Position numbers and translations under genes: made by a program. Below, in pieces: positions 25,483-60,236 of a stretch of DNA of 64,000 nt (position 1 is its first letter; each line of letters begins with the position of its first letter). The notes below the pieces were generated by a model. That model made no database searches. It had not been told where the DNA came from and worked only from the letters and a program-made list of their open reading frames with translations. The DNA lies in NCBI GenBank assembly GCA_044892505.1, contig CM097883.1, positions 410,626,001 through 410,690,000 on the forward strand. The letters run 5' to 3'. The stretch is from Schmidtea nova (taxonomy: Eukaryota).

Positions 25483-28105
25483 ATGCCAATTGGAGGTCGC
25501 ATTAATCGTAGAGATAAGTTAAGAAGGTTACATATTTGTTGTTTTTATTGTAATCAAATAATTTTTATAAAATTTAACTGTAATTTTCTTAAGTATTAAT
25601 ATAAATATTTTTTCTAGCAAAACTGCTTTAACGAAAACTAAAGACAAAGACATTAATGAAGTTAAACAAGTCAATTCTTCAAAACCTGGTTCAGGTATAT
25701 TAGATATTCCTAAAAATAAAAGTTCGAAAGTTAAAACTGAGCTAGATAGTAAAATAGAGACAATTGAAAGTGAGGTAATTAGTAAAGGTTTAAGAAATTC
25801 TTATGTTCACTTAGAAGATATTAAATTAAATAATGTAAAAAAATCTATAATAGATAGTGAGAATGAGAAAATAACTGTTAGGAAAAAAACTAAAAATAAA
25901 ACTATTTCGAACACAGAACCAATCAACAAACAAGTCGAATCACCGAAGAAAGATGCGGAAATCATCGTAGAAAATCTATATGACACACTTAAACGTAAAG
26001 GTAGACACACTAAATTGAATGATTCGAATGATTTTAAAGCCCCTGTTGTAGAAAACGCCATAGAAGTCGAAATTCCTAAAAAACGTGGTAGAAAAAAGAA
26101 AGAAGAAAAAAATGAAGAAAAACTCGAAGAGAAAGATGAAGAAAAAATTGAAAAAAGTCCAATTAAACAGTCGAAATTAGTGAGAAGAAACGCTTTGATG
26201 AAAACACAAGAAAGTAAAGTCGAAGAAAAAATTGAAATTGACACTAAAAAGGAAGAAAAATCTATCGATTTGGAGCAGAATGTCGATAATAACTATTCTC
26301 GCGCTCGCAGGAACAAAATTGTCGAAGAAAAACCGGAAAATCTCGAAGATATTGAAATGGAAAAAGAACCGAAATCTACAAAAATAGAAAGAAATCGCAG
26401 TCGATTAACGAAAGGAAAGAAACCATTTGTCGTAGAAGAACCAGATAATTCCAACGCGAATAAAATTCCTGGACTCGTTATGCTGGATAATATTAGAAAC
26501 CGCAAATCACAAATCGTTAAAACCACCGAAAAGCCAATCGATAACAGCTCAAAAATCACAGAAAAACTGGAAAACAAACCACCAAAGGACACAGAAAAAG
26601 TTCCCGGATTGAAAATGTTAGCAGATCTGAAGCGCCGTAAATCAGAATTGATTTGTTCAACAACCAATAAAAACGAGCATGAATTTATCAAGCCTATTTT
26701 GCCGAAAATCTCCGAAAAGAAACCCATTTCAACAATCGATAGCAGTTATTTATCCCCGATAGCGACCAATAAACCTGTAGCCAGCATCCACCCGGTCACC
26801 CCGATTCCCCCGCTCCTACCGCAACGCAAGAACGCGACCAGGAAGTCTAAAATCCCTCCATTGACATCCGATAAAGTTCCCGGACTTTCAATCCTCGAAG
26901 ATATGAAAAGGCGTAAATCAGAAGCGTTACTAATGGATAAAACTGTGAAAAAACCCCGAGAAATCGCCCCAAAGTCCCCCGCGACCGCGACCACCACCGT
27001 TACCGCGACCGTTGCTGCTAAATGCAGTACAAGCCCCTCAGATAAAATACCCGGGCTGCAAGACATGGAAATCATTAAAAAACGAAAACTTGAATCGGTT
27101 GTCTCCAAATTCGAGGCCAAATTAGCCCCGAAACCAATGGCAACAGCAATGGACATTGATTATTCCCCCATTACATCATCGTCACCAAAAACAATTACCA
27201 GCTTAGCACGAGGAACAATTCACGAATCTTTTCCGTTCCATTCGAATAAGTCAGCAACGTTGGATTCAAATTTCCGGTTCAATTCACCTAGTAAACCGGA
27301 ACAAGTGGAACCACAAACTGAACATCGAGAACCAGCAAGAATTAATAGCCGCTTTAATAGCATGAAATCACCAATGGGAATCCTGTCAAAACCGTCCCCT
27401 TTCAAGCGGCCGATATCAGCAATGTTAGACGAGGGGGGCGATGAGGAACAGGAAGCGGAACAAGGGGATCACAACTGCAGCAAAATGGCAAGAGTCCAAT
27501 GGCCAGAAACGCGCAGACAAAGCGTCACTTTCAATCGGGAAGTCAGCGTAAAAGAAATCCATGGCAACTCATTCGACAGTGCAAATAACAATAGTAGTGA
27601 TAACGTTAGCAACGGTTGCGGTGGTGGTGATTATAATGTCGACAAGAGCGATTTCGAGCATCGATTGAATGCGGAATTGGAGCGAGTGAAGAATCGGGTG
27701 AATGAGAAGCACAATGCCAGCATGACAATCGCGTCATCTCACTCGAATGAGAACGCGTTCATAAAGGAACGCCAGCGCAACATCGGTCCGTCCGCATTCA
27801 ACCGGATCGATGCTAAGAAATCATCCGATCTGTCGGGAATGATTTCCAATCGCATCAAAATGCAAAGCAATTCCCCGCCGAGGAATGCGCAAGCAGCGGC
27901 GGGAGGAGCACTGAGGAAGCTCAATCAGCCAATAGCAGGCAACCAATCAAAAGATTTCATTGGCAATTGGAAGAGCTTCAGTTCAAATCCAGCCGTAACC
28001 CAGCAACAGCAGCAATCCAGATATGCAAATGATGACGACGACAACTCGATGGAGGTCGATGAAAAGGTTGATGAAGTGAACCAATCAAAATGCTCGATTA
28101 TGTGA
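25483..28105 (+). CDS. Uncharacterised 843-aa largely disordered K/E/S-rich protein; join(25483..25526,25618..28105)
   Basis: Exon 1 is ATG CCA ATT GGA...AGA AG|GT (MPIGGRINRRDKLR), followed by a 91-nt GT-AG intron. The phase-2 acceptor tttctag|C is in frame with the open frame that continues into ORF 26015..28105; total 2532 nt = 844 codons. No family was recognised. Confidence 0.75.
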
Positions 28106-28392
28106 AATATTGAATTTATTTATAAATATAATAATATTGATTGATTGATAATCTTTTTGTCATTCTTTATTTAATATATGTAATTATTTATTGGTGATTG
28201 CCGTTGCAATGTTAACCGTTGTGTGATTATTGCACTATGTAAAGATTTATCATTTCATGTATTTGTCTCACTGTAATTAATTAATTATTGATAGAATAAT
28301 AAATCATTTTAATTGTCTTCTTATTTCTGTGTGTTTGTGTCAATTTGAGTTGATTTCCAAATTTATTTAAAACTATAAATCATGATTTAGAT

Positions 28393-28745
28393 CAGTGTTG
28401 TCCAAACTGTGTGCCGTGGCGGGTGCCCAGGTGTGCCGTGAATTTTGAACTGGGATTTTCAACTCTTACCACAATTAAATCAAAGAAGCGGGAACGTATG
28501 GTTAACATTAAGAGTTTGTCAAAAATTCCACCACGATTGGAATTTATTTGTTCGGAACATCAAGCACATAAATCTCATTAACTATGTTTTATGAATTTTT
28601 CTAAATTTAAAATTTTTTACATTAAATTTATTTCAATTAAATAAGTTTCATTTCTTATTAAAAGATAAGTAAAAAAAAATTTAGGTGTGCCGCGAAAATT
28701 TTTAATTTAAGTGTGCCGTGGCTCAAAAAAGTTTGGACAACACTG
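28393..28745. mobile_element. hAT (Buster/Charlie-like) MITE, 353 bp
   Basis: Perfect 16-bp TIR cagtgttgtccaaact / agtttggacaacactg and perfect 8-bp TSD atttagat (28385-92, 28746-53). Internal gtgtgccgtgg repeats. Confidence 0.92.
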
Positions 28746-29039
28746 ATTTAGATAGACAACAATTAAGGTTATATAATAACAATTTAAATTATATTTATAA
28801 AAATATACATGTCTACTCCAAATAAGGACAAAAATTACGTATGTTTCAATGGCGTTAATCACATGTTAATCTGATTTAAATTTAAATTGTTTTCTAAATG
28901 TTTTTTTGTTTAAAAATTTAAATATAAAATTTAAAAAACTTTTTCTAAAATTATTTTTTCGAATAAATAAATTTATCCTTTTTTAATATTTCAAAAAAAT
29001 TTCCCTTTTATTGTCTGTATTTTATACTTAAATTTTCCA

Positions 29040-30230
29040 ACCCTTTAAATTTGATTTTTTTTTGATTTTGAATTTAATTATATCTCTTTGAAATGCCCTT
29101 GCATTCTCTGTATTATTTCTTTTCTTTCCCATTTTGTTTCCTTTTCTTCATTTTTCCTTTATAGAACCACAGGTTTTAAACAACATAGCAAGTGGGCGAT
29201 TTCGCTAGCTTCCTCTTTAGAGTTAATTTTTGGGTGTTTGTCTCTAATGAGAATAGCTTCTTTAAATCTGAGATTTTTTTCGTCATTTTCGCTTGTCAAT
29301 ATTCTCACTGATATTAATTTTTCCTTATTTTCTGTCTGTCATTGTTGAAGATGTCTATATACAGATGACTTTCCACCGGGATAAAGATGTTTAATTTTCT
29401 GATGCAAAGTCCGAAGGGTGTTCCTGATATAAATTGCTTCGCATTTATTACACATGATGCTATAGTCATTGTTCTTGTCAAAGCATATTTTCTTTGGTGT
29501 TTGACAATTTTCCATCTTACATGTATTTTCTTTTCTCGTATTGATAGCCAAGGCTTGCCTCAATGTCTTAGATCTATGTGCCAAACGAATCGGAAGACCA
29601 GTGAGATGAAGTTCTTTGATGATCATAAAATTTATTCGGTCATTGATGAAAGGAATTCGAAGGTAAAAATATTTTTTTTCCTTTTGTAGGTCTTTCTGCC
29701 TTCTCTAATTGAATTTTATTTTGTTGATCTCGTTAATATTATGGTATCCATTACGATGCAGGACTTCAGTAAATATTGTTTGTTGTGCTGAATTGTCCTC
29801 TTCCTTTGTGCATCCTTTGTCTTTCATTTCTAATGACGTTTACCTTCTGCTGATGAGGAAGTGCTGATCTTTGGGGCATAAATATTTCTTTGCGGTTTCT
29901 ACAGAACTTTTACACTTTTGTCTGCACATTCGCTGCGATACGGTAAATACCCTAAGGGAAATGTCCTTTCTGCTACGCAGATTTTAATTAACTTGCTGAT
30001 ACTATCATCTTCACACTTTATATTTTTTGCCTCCTTATTAATTCTGAATTTACTCGAATATATCTTCGACCAACTGACGAGAATAATGAATTTGTTTCCT
30101 CTTTTTCTAGTATTTTTCTAAAACAACTAACTTTTTCAAGCAGGTCAAATTTCAAATCATATCCTATTACTATATTCTCATGTGTAACTTCATCGAAATT
30201 TTTATTAATAATAATTAAATCCAAGATTTT
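29040..30230 (-). mobile_element. Degenerate Penelope-like retroelement remnant (Cys-rich linker and GIY-YIG endonuclease, probable RT-thumb region upstream)
   Basis: The minus strand reads CKMENCQTPKKICFDKNNDYSIMCNKCEAIYIRNTLRTLHQKIKHL...KSSVYRHLQQ, then ISVRILTSEND...PKINSKEE. This fits the PLE pattern Y-x-I-x-C-x2-C...YIGxTxR...H...IL...PxLN. Stops and frameshifts are present. Confidence 0.7.
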
Positions 30231-32496
30231 CACTCAGAAACGTTTACTTTCCCTTAACACTCCAATTCCAAAAAAAATCAAAAATATTAACTCCAAATTC
30301 ACAAAAAATACAATATACACTCTCATGCACACCAAAACACAGGCCACGTACATCAATGACACAAAGGTACACATACAATTCATTTTCCAATTGGTCTGTG
30401 TCACTGCAGCATTTTTACAACCCAATGCACACAACTGAATTGACCATATACAGATGGCCCTGTCTTTCCTAATAGTAATGGTATTAAACGAAGTTGTTGA
30501 ATTATTGACTACCATCAGCTATACACTGTGTTTCAGCTAGTACTATCACCTATAATAATCAATAACATACTATAGAAAAATACACACCTACCGGTACCTT
30601 ATTCATTGCTGTTTTACTCAATGGTAGCTTTAAATATGTCTTTTTAATCGGCAATTTAAAATAAATAATTACACCAATAAGAATTTATTTCTCCACATCA
30701 AAACATGAAAAAGCCCAATGTCATACAAGGATAAATTTCAGAAAAATGTAACATAACAGCAAATACACCAAATTATTAGAATCATTTATTACAAAATTAT
30801 CGAGTTTTTTCGGATTTGGCAAAATTTGTTCGCAGTTTTATTTCGCCAACACTCAGTCAGATCGGACGTTAACTTAATCGATCAGCGGTATCTGCAACGA
30901 ATATTAATTTGATTATGGTCATTAAAACAAATTTTTTCCAAGCAAACGAAATGAGTTACGCTTTATCGTGCCAAAACCCAACTAGTTTTTTATGCATATA
31001 TTCCCCAAACACACTATTGGTTTCAATCATTTTACTACGACTCGATCCCATCGGAGGAATTATCAAAACAATCGCTCTCGGATTTTTCATTCTCTCTATG
31101 TCCTCTCTAATGGAAATCGATTTACGTCTCTGTTTCCCACAGCTTTCCTCAAGCCTGAATGATCAGACAATTGGGACTAAATATCAGATAGAGATTGACT
31201 TACCTTGCTGGGATTGATAAGTAAAAAATATGATGTTTCGTTTTCTGTTAATATAGATTTTATTCGGTTTTAATTTTCTTTTCATGGTCAATTTCTAAGA
31301 TTTTCTTTTGTGCGGTTTTTTTGTGCGGTTGTTGTGGTTTACATTCGATGCAATCCATAAAGGCAATAGAAGTTATGACAGTTATAATTTAGATCTAAGA
31401 TGAAGGTCACTATCATGATGAAGCTTTCGGCTAGAGTAGCTGTGAAACATAATTGGGGCCGCTCAAGTTAATAGCAAAATTGATAAATACTACAATCGTA
31501 AATCAAGGCAATTTATAAACTGATATTATTTTGATTTATAAGTATAATTCCAGTTACCGGTGCAATTCATGATTAATAAGGTTCATAATTTTTGTGGGTT
31601 GTTGTCGAGGGGGTCCTTAGATTTTCTAGGTAATACAACCAGTTCTGTAGAATTTTATCAACTGACTAACTAATCTTTTGGGTATAATCACCAAATACAT
31701 GGAATCTTAATGACTGAAATATCCGGTCTTCTACGTAATATAGCTTAAATATAACGGGTGTTATGAATTGCAAAATAATTACTACTATAGGGTGTTATAA
31801 ACTGCAAGTAAAATAATTAATGTTATAGGATTTGATTGAATGAAATCTTAGATTTTTAAGCAGATTGGTTGATTTCATGGGTGCTAATGAATAAATGAAT
31901 TCGCTTTGGATACATAGGATGTTATTTGATGAAACGTGTAAGTTTATGTGTAATATGCTAGATTTTATGAATGTGGATGAATGAATGAGATTGTTTTGGA
32001 TGCATGGGTGTTATTGATTGAAACTTTGGATTTTTTGAATAATATAACTTTCTTTATATATACTGTTAAGGGTTCAATGGTTATTTTCTGGGTGTGCAGA
32101 TGGAATGTCAGATGTGTTATTCAGTGAAATATTTATTTCCTCTGTAAGCAATAGGATTTTGTTGAACAAAATATGTAGTTTATAAGTAGTACTGTTGAAT
32201 TTATAAATGGTTTTAGATAGGAATTGTAAAAAGTAAAAAGCGAAAAAAATGGTCAGTGATAATAAAAGTTAAATTCATTTGTTAACACGCGTATCAGAAA
32301 TGGACATCTGCCGTTGGGAGACGTATCCATGCGCGTCAGCAAATAATTTGAAAAGCAGTTAAACATAAAATAATTTGTAAAGACGATTGTGTATTAGATA
32401 GATTATTGATAAAGGTTACTATATTGGGTCTTGTTCATTGATTTTAATAAGAACAAAGATGAGTCAGATAAAAACCGACTTAACAATAAATACCCA

Positions 32497-32499
<3 letters not shown>

Positions 32500-32562
<63 letters not shown>
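32500..32562. repeat. (TA)n microsatellite
   Basis: Uninterrupted TA run. Others occur at ~8513-8595, 23871-23897, 63297-63322 and 63622-63707. Confidence 0.95.
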
Positions 32563-32568
<6 letters not shown>

Positions 32569-35500
32569 GTCAACACTGTTTAATAATAAATTTTATTTAA
32601 TTAAAACAAATATAACAATTACCCAAATAAAATAATATTACATCCACCAGTTATTGTTTTTTGTATTTATGTGTATATATGTATATATGTAATGTGTAAT
32701 GCTAAATGTGATTTTGAGATCGGTTTACTGTATGTTCTAGTTTAGGTTTTCAAAGTCGAAGACAACTAAGAAATTTTTCTTAAGCGAAGATTTTATAGGT
32801 GATTTGACTGAAAAATCAGTCAGTTTATAGACTAATTTTTAAGGCACCTAATCTGACAATAATGATTGTTAATTTTCTACTTGAATTAATTAAAATTGTT
32901 TTCAAAACAGAATTGTTTTCTAACCTTGGTATTATTTCATTTTGCTGAACTTAATAGGTCAAAAATATGATTTGTTTAAAGAAACAGTTATTTATTTATT
33001 TTAATTTATTTAAACAATAAGTATTATCTATTTATTTTATTTTTATTATTATTGTTATAATTTATTTTATTGAATTAAAATATAAATCAAAATATAAACC
33101 ATTTTCCAAATAGTTAAAAAAATTAATTTGCAAAAAATATTTTCACAACAAAATATTCTTTCAAAATTATATAAAATTTTATCCTTAATTGTGTTGATCA
33201 CCATAAAATAAAAAATGTGTCAATAAATGTTCACATGATCACAAATTGTAAATTGATAAATTGTCATAATTATATTGTCAAAAATATTTCGTCATTCGAT
33301 CCATTGTTTGATCTTGATTGTCTTTTACATGTAAATTTATTCTATATAATTTTCCTCCTATTCTATAGTCATCAATAATTTCGAATGTGTCGACTATTCT
33401 TCTTGTTCCTAACAATAAAATTATAGAACAAATATTACTTTTTCAAAGCTTGTATAGTGATATGAGATCAAAATAGAAGTCTTAAAAGATATCTTGATAA
33501 AATAAACTTACCTGATAGGTATTTGTTGTAAGTTTATTTAAACAATAGATCGGTTCAGATTCTGACTCGTGTCCTTTTATTTATATCAAAATAAAATATC
33601 CGAGCAAGCACAGAATAAACAAAAGTAATTTAATAGCACAGGAAATAATAATTAAAACACAAATAAGAATTAATTTAAACTAGCACAATAAGTAAACACG
33701 AAAAAACATAAACATAACAAATTAACAAAAAATAACAAAAAATTTTATGATTAATTATTTTAATTTTGGAAGTTAAAATAAGTAAAATGTTAAATAAAAT
33801 TGTAAAAATAAAAATGAAAATGAAAGTAGTTAAAAGAAATGTACAATATAAAATTTTGATAAAAATAAAATTTATTAAAGTAAAGATTAAAAGTTTTGTA
33901 AAAAATATAAATTTATTTTAATAAAAATAAAATAATTCTTTTAAATTAAATTAGATTAAACAGCAAAGCATTTTATAAGCATTTACTTTACTACATCAAG
34001 TTAGTTTAATGCTGTGAAATGGTATAAATAAAGGTACCATTTACATTAATTTTAACCCTCTTGATAATTTGGAGAAATATTTGCAGAGTCACTAAAGTGT
34101 TCTTTCCGGAAATTTTGTAATTAAAAAGATCAGCATTTCTGACCAGTTGAAGAGTGTTCAAACTGAGACGGATTGCTTCTTAAAAGTTAGTTTGAGAGAT
34201 GTTATTATTTTTATCATATAAAGTATGTCAGTTTGATCGTTTTGCTCATCCTTCTGTTCTATTTTACACAAGCTCTTGCCCGTTGTTTATGTTGTTCATA
34301 TTATTAATATTTGTTGTTATTGGGATGAAAATATCACTTTTGAACTCAATGATCACTAAATTTTGTATGCATCAAAATGAATTTTTTTTACTTCTTTACC
34401 TTCCAAGTTGCTCTCTCTGTGAGTAACTCCAACTTGTTGTGATGCAGGTACGTTCATGTGCGTTGCAAGTGAAAAGTGGATTCTCTCAAATGTCCAATCC
34501 CATGTGTTCGACGCGAATACCGAACTCCAAACTCCTACTTGTGCTGATGCAACAGAACAGTTGGAGAACCATATGCAAAATGATATTTTAAAAATTGCTT
34601 CTTTAAAAAGTGGTATTTGTTGTTTAAATTAAATTCTCTGTTAAATAAAAGGAACATTTATTAATATACGTATAAAGTTGTACAGAGTATATCAAAAAAT
34701 AAATTTTTATGTCAGTAAATGTATAAAAAATGAAAATGTGAACAAGCGATTGAAAGAGAGATGAAGGATTGATGATCGTCAGATGTTTAAAATAGGTTGA
34801 TAGCTACAAACTTGTAATTGTTTAAGATCACTCGTAGAACGACTTGAATGCATTATAACAATGCAAAAGGCGTACTGAGAGATGGATTGTCCTAAAGAAA
34901 ATTTGTAAACAAAAACAAAAACATGGGTTGTCTTAAAGAAAATTTGTAAACAAAAACAAAAACAAAACCATAACAATAAAATTTATTATTAATTTCAGTA
35001 GCTATAATATATCTATTTATGTTAAATAACTTGGTTATACATAACAATTTTGCATCGGTTGGGTCATTAAACTAAAATTATTTAAAAATGAAAACCAAAT
35101 GGAAATAAAATGGAAATATAAATGTCCTTAAACACAGAATTGATAGGAAAGGGTCTTATGATGGAAACAGATTTAGGAACGTGTATAATTAGATACAAAA
35201 AGTAATAAATATGCAAATTTGCAAAAAAATGGTTAATGAATTTGTAAGAAAACGTTTAGAAAGGGTCTAAAAGCATTGGAATGTGTAAAAACAGAAAACT
35301 CGTTAATTAATCAATTAATTAATTAAGAAAAACTCGAGCTTGGTAAGCAACAACAAAAGTACACAGAGTGTATTTTGGAAGGCCATTATCTCCATAGTAT
35401 TATCAACGGGAGCAAACAAAAACGTCATTACTAGGAAATACCATTCGAAATCATTTAATCATTATTATTTTCCAAGCGCCATTCGAGGAGCTTCAAAAAG

Positions 35501-37040
35501 AAGATTGTAAAAGCATTGTCAAACAGATAGGATTTATTTCAAAAGTAATTAATCAAAAGGAGTATTTTACTATTTAAAGAAAGTCAAAATCGAAAACAAT
35601 CAACATTTTGCTTCAAGTATGGAAAAAAACTGAGAGTCGGCTTAGAGAAGATAATAATTTTTTTAACTCTTTCTTTTAACTTCCAATTTCTGTTTGTTTT
35701 CTTGTAAAACTTTGGATCGAATTTTAACCCACTTCCCGATATCCAATCGATCTGAAAATTTGCGAGCAGACTCGTGGTGGCCCACAAATTATTCCATTGA
35801 AAAATTGAAAAATTTTGAAACAATTTTATTTTTCAATTTACTGTTGCCAAGAAACTACCAAACAATGAAACAACAATAAAATTAACCGAGAACATGAGAA
35901 AAAGAAAGAGTTACATTAAAAACTTGTTTTTATTGGTTCCTTTTTTGAAACAACTAATAAATTAAAATAAACTAAGGAAAGTAAAAAGGACCAAGATGAA
36001 GCAAAAGAAAGTAAGAATACCAGAGAGGACAATTAAGACGTTTATCTTTATTTTATGATCAGAAGAATGTACAATTTAATTATAATTTGTAATAAATTAA
36101 ATACAAATATCCGCTGGCAGTCTTGTTATTTATTGATTTAAAGAGCACGAGGAGTCAGAGATGCCAACCATTATTATTTACTTAATTAAAACCCAACAAC
36201 ATGCTAAAATATATTCTATCAGAAATTTTCACGAAATGTCTAAAGATGTAGTTAAAATATATCAAAATGAAATATTAATCTTGGTGCTAACTTTAAACAT
36301 TTACAAACAAAAATTCAAATTGATTTTCAAAACAATATAAATTTTTAATTATTTTTACATTTATTATTTTTATTTTTTAGTCGGTGAGCATGGATTATTA
36401 AAGATGATTTTTGTTGCTTAACGTTAATGTTTTGTTAACTTTGATCAGCTTTCTACTGATTTTTATCAATGATTACAAATTATAGACTTGGTTACGAAGG
36501 AAAGGACTGAATCTTCGACGACTGAATCCACTATAACTCAATATTTAATCTACCAGGAACGCTCACCAGTGTTCGTCTTTGTAGTATTTTTATTTTGCTG
36601 CTTTTATAATACAAGTCAAAATTACTTTAATAATAGATTTTATCACTCAAAATATTTTATAATCTTTCAATTTGTTGTGAATGAGCAATTTACCTGAGTA
36701 AAAATAAAATAATGACGAGAAATAAAACTATTTTATAAATTTAACATTTGTATTAGTAAAAACTGATAATAAAAAATAAATTATAATAAATTAATAATTT
36801 ACATGACCACTAGTAGTGGTACACTACAATTCATAAATTAATGTTCACTATACACTTTAATTTTTATCCCTAAAGATTCCAAAGTTTAATTTACATATAT
36901 TAGTGAAATTTCATTTTAGTGCTTTTCATTATGTAATACGATTACACATAAATAATTTGTTTATCTGAATCATTTAAATGTTTATTGTTTCATTTTTGAA
37001 TTGCTGAATTTTGAAATTGATATCTGATAATAAATTAGCA

Positions 37041-59850
<22,810 letters not shown>

Positions 59851-60072
59851 NNNNNNNNNNNNNNNNNNNNNNNNNNNNNNNNNNNNNNNNNNNNNNNNNN
59901 NNNNNNNNNNNNNNNNNNNNNNNNNNNNNNNNNNNNNNNNNNNNNNNNNNNNNNNNNNNNNNNNNNNNNNNNNNNNNNNNNNNNNNNNNNNNNNNNNNNN
60001 NNNNNNNNNNNNNNNNNNNNNNNNNNNNNNNNNNNNNNNNNNNNNNNNNNNNNNNNNNNNNNNNNNNNNNNN

Positions 60073-60236
60073 ATGACTAGATCATAATTTTTTTTTATAA
60101 ACAATAACACAATATTTCGACACAGCCTTTATCAAGTGTGTGCTGTGTCGAAATATTGTGTTATTGTTTATAAAAAAAATTTTGATCGATAGTCATTATG
60201 AGAATTATTGATAATAATAATAAAAAAAGATCAAAG
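60073..60236. repeat. Foldback-family near-perfect palindrome between two gaps
   Basis: tttttttataaacaataacacaatatttcgacacagc, a ~15-nt loop, then gctgtgtcgaaatattgtgttattgtttataaaaaaa. Outer atgacta / tagtcat also pair. Confidence 0.9.

Noticed and set aside
11731-27924. Minus-strand ORFs opposite YJU2 and the 843-aa gene and its fragments
   Set aside because: These are F/S/L-rich antisense shadows of K/E-rich coding sequence.
30900-31380. Candidate spliced minus-strand gene (…IVLIIPPMGSSRS…)
   Set aside because: A 49-nt GT-AG intron can be drawn, but no consistent start or family motif was found.
24633-34965. Short local tandem duplications (23 bp x2 at ~24633; ~39 bp x2 at ~34885)
   Set aside because: These are ordinary slippage products with no further structure.
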